Source of the DNA: an uncultured Gammaproteobacteria bacterium
GTDB taxonomy: Bacteria; Pseudomonadota; Gammaproteobacteria; GCA-001735895
NCBI GenBank assembly: GCA_937936805.1
Contig: CALDDP010000110.1
Span: 1 to 46,034, forward strand
Direction: 5' to 3'
Length of the DNA stretch: 46,034 bases
Positions 39,787 to 46,034 of the stretch are shown one piece after another. Made by a program: the position numbers and the translations under genes. The notes beneath the pieces are model-generated. The model saw only the letters and a list, made by a program, of their open reading frames with translations, was not told the origin of the DNA and made no database searches. Each line of letters begins with the position of its first letter. The stretch's first letter is position 1.

Positions 39787-40254
39787 ATGCTCGGCTGGCT
39801 TAAAAACCTCTTCGCCAAACCCGAACCTGCGGGACCGCCCAGACTAATCAAGCGTTTCGATGGATCTCAGGCGACTATAAGCAGTAGTTCGATCGTGGCC
39901 GACCGCGAGGGTTGGCATATAGACACTGCTGAATCCGTGACTTTCCGCCTGTTTGAACTGGATCCGGGTGACATAGACAACGGCATCCTGGTTTACCGGG
40001 CATCGATAAAATCTGCGGAAATTCAGGATAAAGGCTACCTGGAGATGTGGTGCCGCTTGCCGGGCCAGGGAGAATTCTTTTCCAAAGGGCTGGACAACCC
40101 CCTCACGGGGAGTAACGACTGGGCCAGTTACGAAATTCCTTTTTATCTAAAAAAGCAGCAGAACCCGGATCTTTTGAAATTGAACTTTACCCTCGAGGGT
40201 GGTGGCAAAGTATGGCTAAAGGATATCGAGGTTAGCTTCACCCCGTTCAAGTAA
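39787..40254 (+). CDS. Hypothetical protein, probable beta-sandwich (galactose-binding-like)
   Basis: GAGGG ribosome-binding site and TATAAT upstream. Beta-rich sequence YLEMWC...GEFFSKG...G..DW..YE.PF...G.G.VW..DI. Confidence 0.75.
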   Translation: MLGWLKNLFAKPEPAGPPRLIKRFDGSQATISSSSIVADREGWHIDTAESVTFRLFELDPGDIDNGILVYRASIKSAEIQDKGYLEMWCRLPGQGEFFSKGLDNPLTGSNDWASYEIPFYLKKQQNPDLLKLNFTLEGGGKVWLKDIEVSFTPFK

Positions 40255-40261
40255 ACTCCGT

Positions 40262-40906
40262 TTATCGATCGTTTAATGCATTCAGGCGCTCGAGCGTGCC
40301 TATATCGGTCCAGTTTCCGCGGAACAGTTCACCCGTGACCTGGTGTTTTTCCGCCGCCGCGAACAGTAACGGTGCGAGCGCCTGCTTACCCGGCGTCAAT
40401 CCGCTGAAAAAGCTGCGCTGGTACTGAGATATGCCGCTAAATGTGTAGCGCGGTGATCCTTCGACTCCAATCGTAGATTCGTTCAGCGTGAAATCCCCGC
40501 GCGCATGATGTTGTGGATTTTCTACCAGCACCAGGTGGGCGATGCTGTCGAGATGCAGCAGCCGGGTGAAGTCGTAGTCGGTAAATATGTCCGCGTTGAC
40601 GACGATGAAGCGCTCTCCAAGTAACGGTAACGCCTGCTGTATTCCGCCCGCTGTTTCGAGCGCCTCGGGCTCCTCGCTATACTCTATCGACAGGTTGAAT
40701 CCCGCACCGTTACCGAGCAGGTCGCGTATCTGATTCCCGTGCCAGCTCAGATTGACGACTACCTCGGTGAAACCCGCCGTGGACAGGGCTTCCAGGTGAT
40801 GCACGATGAGCGGCTTCGCCTGCACCTCGAGCAGGGGCTTGGGCGTGACGTCCGTCAACGGGCGCAGGCGCTCTCCCCTTCCGGCGGCTAGAATCATTGC
40901 TTTCAT
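40262..40906 (-). CDS. murU: N-acetylmuramate alpha-1-phosphate uridylyltransferase
   Basis: MKAMILAAGRGERLRPLTD.TPKPL, LETAGG, W.DIGT. Downstream of amgK. Confidence 0.9.
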   Translation of the reverse strand: MKAMILAAGRGERLRPLTDVTPKPLLEVQAKPLIVHHLEALSTAGFTEVVVNLSWHGNQIRDLLGNGAGFNLSIEYSEEPEALETAGGIQQALPLLGERFIVVNADIFTDYDFTRLLHLDSIAHLVLVENPQHHARGDFTLNESTIGVEGSPRYTFSGISQYQRSFFSGLTPGKQALAPLLFAAAEKHQVTGELFRGNWTDIGTLERLNALNDR

Positions 40907-40913
40907 GGCTGGC

Positions 40914-41909
40914 TCACGATGTCAAAATCGCGTCAATCCGCGAATTCAGCCCAAGTTTGTCAATGATAGCGAATAAACCTTGCATCGATATATCGTCGGC
41001 GCTGACCTGGCGCACATACTCCAGTGTGCGCGGTATATCCTTGAGATAACCCGGTTTGCCATCACGAATCTTGAGGCGTGAAAAAATTCCAATTGCCTTT
41101 AGATGGCGCTGGATTCCCATCAGGTTAAACCAGCGCATGAACTGAGCCGGTTCTGCGTCAAGCAAATCATTGACGCGAGCCCTTTCGTAGTAGTCCAGCG
41201 CAAGCTGTTCAACACGCGCCAGCGGCCAGTCGATGTAGCAATCCCGCAACAGTGACACCAGGTCGTAAGTAAGCGGACCTTTTACCGCATCCTGAAAATC
41301 GAGAATTCCCGGATTATCGGTTTCGAGTTTCATCAGATTACGCGAATGATAATCGCGATGCACAAACACCTGAGGTTGTGCCAGCGCATTTTCGACCAGG
41401 CTCTGTTTGATCGACTGCCAGATCAACTGTTGCGCCTGATCGAGTGAAATGCCAAGCAGCTTGCCGAGGAACCAGTCATGGAACAAATCCATCTCCCGGT
41501 TCAATAGCGCCGTGTCGTAAAGCGGTAATTCAGCAGCATCGATACGCGTCTGCATTAATAAAAGAGCCTCGAGTGCATCCTCGTACAACGACGCTTCGCT
41601 TGCAGGGCTGAGTTGCGAAAGGTAATCCCTGCCGCCAAAATCAGTCAGCAAAAGAAATCCCTCGACTGTATTTTGCGCAATTATTTCGGGTGCGTTTAAA
41701 CCGGCAGCGCGGAGTTTTCGCGCCACGGCGATGAACTGATCACAGGGCTCCCTGTCGGGGGGCGCATCCATTATGACGAACGACTCAGCATCGGTTTCGA
41801 GCCGCAGGTAGGATCGAAAACTGGCGTCCTCTGATGCCGGACTCAGGTGGTAATCCCGGTAGCCGAGGTGATCCAGCCAACGGTTTAAATTTGTCGATCT
41901 GTCGCTCAT
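40914..41909 (-). CDS. amgK: MurNAc/GlcNAc kinase (aminoglycoside phosphotransferase fold)
   Basis: DASFRSY, MDAPP, VHRDYHSRNLM, LDFQDA, QRHLK..GIF.RL..RDGK. Confidence 0.92.
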   Translation of the reverse strand: MSDRSTNLNRWLDHLGYRDYHLSPASEDASFRSYLRLETDAESFVIMDAPPDREPCDQFIAVARKLRAAGLNAPEIIAQNTVEGFLLLTDFGGRDYLSQLSPASEASLYEDALEALLLMQTRIDAAELPLYDTALLNREMDLFHDWFLGKLLGISLDQAQQLIWQSIKQSLVENALAQPQVFVHRDYHSRNLMKLETDNPGILDFQDAVKGPLTYDLVSLLRDCYIDWPLARVEQLALDYYERARVNDLLDAEPAQFMRWFNLMGIQRHLKAIGIFSRLKIRDGKPGYLKDIPRTLEYVRQVSADDISMQGLFAIIDKLGLNSRIDAILTS

Positions 41910-41984
41910 AATGCGGTTACGGCTGCAGTCCCTTTAAAAGGCCGGTATTATCCGGTTTTTAAACCTACAAACGCAATAGACTCG

Positions 41985-42767
41985 ATGAGCGCAATTGAAA
42001 ACCTGCTCCAGGTAATGAAAGATTTACGCGACCCCGAAAATGGCTGTCCCTGGGATATCCGCCAGACCAGCGCTTCGATCGCCGGTTACACGCTCGATGA
42101 AACTCATGAAGTGCTCGATGCCATAGAACGCAACGACACCGATAACCTGAAAGAGGAACTCGGCGACCTGTTATTCAATATCGTGTTTCACGCCCGTATC
42201 GCCGAGGAACAGGATCAATTCGACTTTGATGACGTGGCCCGGGGAATAACCGATAAAATGCTGCGCCGCCACCCGCACGTGTTCGGCGATTCGCGCAATC
42301 AGCAACTTAGCGATGAAACCCTGTCGCAACAATGGCTGGCGCTCAAACAGGCGGAGAAAGCAGAGCTTGAGAAACCCGACATGAGCGTCGATTCAGGCAC
42401 CAACTCGGCCATGTATCGGGCACGCCAGATTCAACAGGATGCGGCCAGTTTTGGCTTCGACTGGCCCGACATAAACCCGGTCTTCGACAAGCTGGAAGAA
42501 GAGCTGGCCGAGTTAAGGTATGCTTTCGGCACCGGCGACAGCAACGCGATCAGTGACGAACTCGGTGATCTGATGTTTGTCTGCGTCAATCTGGCGCGCC
42601 ACGCGAAGGTCAACGCCGAGATGTCGCTGCGCAATACCAACCAGAAATTTCTGCGTCGCTTCGCTTACGTGCAACAACGCATGCAGGATGCCGGTATCGA
42701 AATGAATCAGCAGCAACTAGAAGCGATGGAGCAATTCTGGCAGGAATCCAAGGCATCGGTCGGGTAA
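41985..42767 (+). CDS. mazG: Nucleoside triphosphate pyrophosphohydrolase
   Basis: LRDP..GCPWD, EELGDLL, RRHPHVF, GFDW and a second ELGD motif. Confidence 0.95.
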   Translation: MSAIENLLQVMKDLRDPENGCPWDIRQTSASIAGYTLDETHEVLDAIERNDTDNLKEELGDLLFNIVFHARIAEEQDQFDFDDVARGITDKMLRRHPHVFGDSRNQQLSDETLSQQWLALKQAEKAELEKPDMSVDSGTNSAMYRARQIQQDAASFGFDWPDINPVFDKLEEELAELRYAFGTGDSNAISDELGDLMFVCVNLARHAKVNAEMSLRNTNQKFLRRFAYVQQRMQDAGIEMNQQQLEAMEQFWQESKASVG

Positions 42768-42774
42768 CAGACAT

Positions 42775-43362
42775 ATGACAAGAAGCAGGCTAAAGACCGA
42801 ACAGCGAATTATCGATGCGGTAGGTACGATTCTACTCGAACAGGGTTACCCCGCGGTTGGGATTAATGCGATCGCACGCCAGGCCGGTTGCGATAAAGTA
42901 TTGATTTACCGTTATTTTGGGGGATTCGATGAATTGCTGCTGGCGTTTGCCGAAACCACTACCCTGTGGTGGGAAGTAGATGAAATCATTAACGAAAGCG
43001 CCGCTGAATGTGCCGCGATAGCCTTACCCGACTATTTGCAAACCCTGCTCAATCGTTACGTGGCGGCGCTGGAATCGCGTCCTCTGGCGCTTGAAATCAT
43101 GGCCTGGGAAATGTCCGCGCAAAACAACCTGACCAACACCCTGGCGCGCCTGCGCGGCGAACGCGGCATGGAACTGGTAAAACGCATCCGCGCGTACTAC
43201 CAGCAACCTAACATCGATATCGGCGGTATCCTGGGCGTGTTCGGCGCAGCGATTAATTACCTGATAATCCGTACCCGCAAACAATCGCAGCAATATAAAA
43301 CCGAAGAATGGTGGCGCCTGCAACAGACGATTGGCAAATTACTACAGTCATATGCCGATTGA
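42775..43362 (+). CDS. TetR/AcrR family transcriptional regulator
   Basis: N-terminal HTH GINAIARQAGCDKVLIYRYFG. Confidence 0.92.
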   Translation: MTRSRLKTEQRIIDAVGTILLEQGYPAVGINAIARQAGCDKVLIYRYFGGFDELLLAFAETTTLWWEVDEIINESAAECAAIALPDYLQTLLNRYVAALESRPLALEIMAWEMSAQNNLTNTLARLRGERGMELVKRIRAYYQQPNIDIGGILGVFGAAINYLIIRTRKQSQQYKTEEWWRLQQTIGKLLQSYAD

Positions 43363-43858
43363 AGATCCCGATGTCCTGCGCCTCGGCGACATCGATTCGA
43401 GCCAGTTAATCAGGCTATTGAACCGTTTCGGCCTGCAGTTACGCCACTGTACTCGTCAGGAGCCGATCCCAGGCAGCTACTGGGGTGACGAAGAAGCTGG
43501 TTTGAAAGCGAACAATCTGTTTGCCCGTGACGATACGCCACTGCATTCCATCCTGCACGAAGCCTGTCACTACATATGCCTGGACCCTTTGCGGCGCCAA
43601 CAACTAGACACCGATGCCGGCAGTGACGAAGGCGAAGAAAACGCGGTTTGTTACCTGCAGATTCTACTTGCTGACGAGATCGATAGCCTCGGCCGCGATC
43701 GCATGTTCAGCGACATGGATAACTGGGGCTACAGCTTCCGCCTGGGCTCAAGCCGGGCCTGGTTTGAGCATGATGCCGGGGATGCGCTCGACTGGCTGTT
43801 GACACATAAACTCCTCGACGCCCAAAAACGTCCACGAGCAGCGCTCAGACAGGCTTAA
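43352..43858 (+). CDS. Hypothetical HExxH metalloprotein
   Basis: IPGSYWG..EAGL, SILHEACH, EENAVCYLQ, MD.WGYSFRLGS. Overlaps the TetR stop. Confidence 0.75.
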   Translation: MPIEDPDVLRLGDIDSSQLIRLLNRFGLQLRHCTRQEPIPGSYWGDEEAGLKANNLFARDDTPLHSILHEACHYICLDPLRRQQLDTDAGSDEGEENAVCYLQILLADEIDSLGRDRMFSDMDNWGYSFRLGSSRAWFEHDAGDALDWLLTHKLLDAQKRPRAALRQA

Positions 43859-43909
43859 AAAGCTTCCAGCGGGTGTCATTCCGGCTGATGATTATCGTTG
43901 TTTTTCGGC

Positions 43910-43936
43910 TAAAGATTTAGTCCCGGCTACCGATAC
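43910..43936 (+). promoter_or_regulatory. sigma28 (FliA) promoter of the stator operon
   Basis: TAAA(GATT)-N15-ACCGATAC versus consensus TAAA(GTTT)-N15-GCCGATAA, upstream of pomA. Confidence 0.75.
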
Positions 43937-44011
43937 ACCTATACGAGCAGACCAGTAATTCTGCGCAAAACTCCAATTTACTCGATCGCAGGTTAGCAGG
44001 CAGGAGCAACG

Positions 44012-44767
44012 GTGGACATCGCATCAATTGTTGGATTCATACTGGCATACATCATAATCTCCACAGCCATCATGCTGGGTGGCCCCTTCCACCTGTTTGT
44101 AAATGCGCCCTCGCTCCTGATAGTAGTTGGTGGAACCTTCGCGGTAACCCTGATGCGCGTTACCCTGGCAAACTTCCTCGGATCTTTCAAGATCGGTCTG
44201 AAAGGCTTTTTTTATAAACTCGATGCGCCACAAACCCTGATCGACGAATCGGTAGAACTTGCGAACATCGCCCGTAAGGAAGGAATTCTGGCACTCGAAG
44301 GCCGCGAAATCGGCAACGGCTTCCTCGAACGTGGCATCAGTTTATGCATTGATGGACATGCCCCGGAAGTAGTCAAGGGGTTGCTGTCGAAAGATATTAA
44401 TATGTCGATCGAGCGTCACACGATCGGCGCCGACATGTTCAAGGCAATGGCAGTCTATGCGCCTGCGATGGGCATGATCGGCACACTGATCGGCCTGGTG
44501 CAGATGCTTGCCAATATGTCTGATCCGGCGGCGATCGGTCCTGCCATGGCGGTCGCATTGTTGACTACGCTATACGGTGCAATAATCGCCAACGCTTTTG
44601 CCTCGCCGCTGTCTGAAAAACTGGTCCTCATCATCGGTTACGAAAAACTCAACAAGGATTTGATCCTGGAGTCGATCGGAGGTATCCAGGAAAGCACCAA
44701 TCCGCGCGTACTGAAACAATTGCTCAACGCCTACCTGCCGGAAAGCAAACGCCAGGAAGACGAATAA
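44012..44767 (+). CDS. pomA: Flagellar stator A subunit (PomA/MotA)
   Basis: ARKEGILALE, APAMGMIGTLIGLV.ML, AMAVALLTTLYG. The short ~250-aa length fits the PomA type. Confidence 0.9.
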   Translation: MDIASIVGFILAYIIISTAIMLGGPFHLFVNAPSLLIVVGGTFAVTLMRVTLANFLGSFKIGLKGFFYKLDAPQTLIDESVELANIARKEGILALEGREIGNGFLERGISLCIDGHAPEVVKGLLSKDINMSIERHTIGADMFKAMAVYAPAMGMIGTLIGLVQMLANMSDPAAIGPAMAVALLTTLYGAIIANAFASPLSEKLVLIIGYEKLNKDLILESIGGIQESTNPRVLKQLLNAYLPESKRQEDE

Positions 44768-44776
44768 GAGCGCGCT

Positions 44777-45688
44777 ATGAGTGAGGAATGCAATTGCCCA
44801 CCCTGCGAGGAAGGCCTACCCCCCTGGCTCGCAACCTTCGCCGACATGATGGCACTGTTGATGTGCTTCTTCGTCTTGCTGCTGTCATTCGCAGAAATGG
44901 ATGTACTCAAATACAAAGCGGTCGCTGGCGCGTTGAAGCTGGCGTTTGGCGTGCAACGTGAGGTCAAGGCTACCGAAATCCCCAAGGGCACCAGCGTTAT
45001 CGCCAAACAATACAGCCCGGGTAAACCCACCGAAGTAACGCCGCTCGAACTCATGCGCGAAAAGACGACTGATGATACCAAGACCAATCTCGATTACACC
45101 GATTCGACCTCGCGCTACGATGGTGGGCTCGGCGAAGCCGAGGCCGAGGCGATCGCTCAGAAAAAGGCTGAGCGCGAAGCCCAGGAAGAAGCCGAGGAAC
45201 TACAGGATGAACTCTCGGCCGCAATTGGCGACGGATTGCTCGAGATTGAAGCCTACAACGACCGGGTGCTGATTCGAATACGTGAACGCGGTTCGTTCGG
45301 CTCGGGCCGGGCTGAGCTCAAACAGGCATTTCTGCCTATATTGAAAATGATTGCCGATGTTCTCAATCAGCGTGACGGACTCTTCATTATTGCCAGGCAT
45401 ACCGATGATATCCCCATCGAAACCAAACGTTTCCGTTCAAACTGGGATTTGTCAGCCGCGCGGGCCGCCAGCGTCGTACATTATTTCATCCAGGAAGGCG
45501 ATGTCGACCCGGAACGCATGGAAATCAGGGCCATGGCCGATAACGAACCCATCGTGCCCAACGATAGCTGGGAGAATCGCGCCAAGAACCGCCGCGTGGA
45601 AATCAGCGTACTGCATGGAAACCGGCAAGCAATCGAAGGGGACTCACCGGCGCAAAACGTCGATTACGTCGACCAGCCGGAAGGCTAG
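44777..45688 (+). CDS. pomB: Flagellar stator B subunit (PomB/MotB)
   Basis: WLATFADMMALLMCFFVLL TM helix with the ion-binding Asp, and OmpA-like domain NWDLSAARA...NRRVEI. Confidence 0.9.
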   Translation: MSEECNCPPCEEGLPPWLATFADMMALLMCFFVLLLSFAEMDVLKYKAVAGALKLAFGVQREVKATEIPKGTSVIAKQYSPGKPTEVTPLELMREKTTDDTKTNLDYTDSTSRYDGGLGEAEAEAIAQKKAEREAQEEAEELQDELSAAIGDGLLEIEAYNDRVLIRIRERGSFGSGRAELKQAFLPILKMIADVLNQRDGLFIIARHTDDIPIETKRFRSNWDLSAARAASVVHYFIQEGDVDPERMEIRAMADNEPIVPNDSWENRAKNRRVEISVLHGNRQAIEGDSPAQNVDYVDQPEG

Positions 45689-45695
45689 CCTGGCT

Positions 45696-46034
45696 ATGTC
45701 AGACGAAAGACGACGCTACTACCGCATCGAGGACGAAGTCTACCTCGCACTGCGACTTATTGCAGCCACAGAAATTGACGATTGTGTCGAGGATTTCTGG
45801 GTCAACGAGCACGCGTTTTCAATGCGCAACAACTATAATTTCCAGATCGAGCAGCATATCTCCGACCGCCATATAATCGCAAAGAAAATGCCTGAACTGG
45901 CGCGCTATCTTGGTGTACTGGAAAAGCAGATCGATCGCATTACTGAAAAACTCATCGATGACCAGAACGATGCAAGCATGATACAAAAAGCCGTAAATCT
46001 CAGCGCCCAGGGCATTTCCTACAACGCCGACCAA
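45696..46034 (+). CDS. PilZ domain-containing protein (partial, runs off window; not in the ORF track)
   Basis: Translates as MSDERRRYYRIEDEVYL...VNLSAQGISY, with RxxxR and NxSxxG c-di-GMP motifs. Starts 7 nt after the pomB stop. Confidence 0.82.
   Translation, partial: MSDERRRYYRIEDEVYLALRLIAATEIDDCVEDFWVNEHAFSMRNNYNFQIEQHISDRHIIAKKMPELARYLGVLEKQIDRITEKLIDDQNDASMIQKAVNLSAQGISYNADQ

Noticed and set aside
41985-42767. mazG as an anti-phage or toxin-antitoxin component
   Set aside because: It is the standard two-domain housekeeping MazG, with no mazEF or defence genes adjacent.
1-46034. CRISPR arrays, tRNAs, IS elements, prophage or known defence systems
   Set aside because: I saw no spaced direct repeats, tRNA cloverleafs, transposase/integrase motifs or phage genes.

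Overview
This is mostly core chromosome of a motile Gammaproteobacterium, probably marine (inferred from the PomAB-type stator, Rnf and a Na/Pi symporter). It opens with the 5' end of a 16S rRNA gene (minus strand), its leader and two tandem promoters. Next come tyrS, an M23 peptidase, anmK, an outer-membrane barrel, erpA, bactofilin, a DUF6776-like gene, argC, hemJ, ptsP-rppH, a HAD hydrolase and dcd. About 7 kb of accessory genes lie between dcd and apbC: an orphan hybrid kinase, LysR-DoxX-AzoR-pirin, GFA, a secreted protein with a Rap1a-like immunity protein, and a perfect 21-bp inverted repeat. The rest is apbC/metG, a trypsin-like protease with an FHA membrane protein, rnfABCDGE-nth-DUF1841, a divergent LeuB-like dehydrogenase with an AruI-like ThDP decarboxylase, an atypical ClC, nadC, the Na/Pi symporter (apparent ATC start), a frameshifted DUF4019 gene, murU-amgK, mazG-TetR-HExxH protein and sigma28-driven pomAB-PilZ. 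I found no CRISPR array, tRNA, transposase, integrase or prophage. The best leads for something undescribed are the LeuB-like/decarboxylase/ClC unit, the protease-FHA pair, the orphan immunity pair with its palindrome, and a putative leaderless sigma28 kinase. All calls come from motif recognition by eye; no database searches were run.
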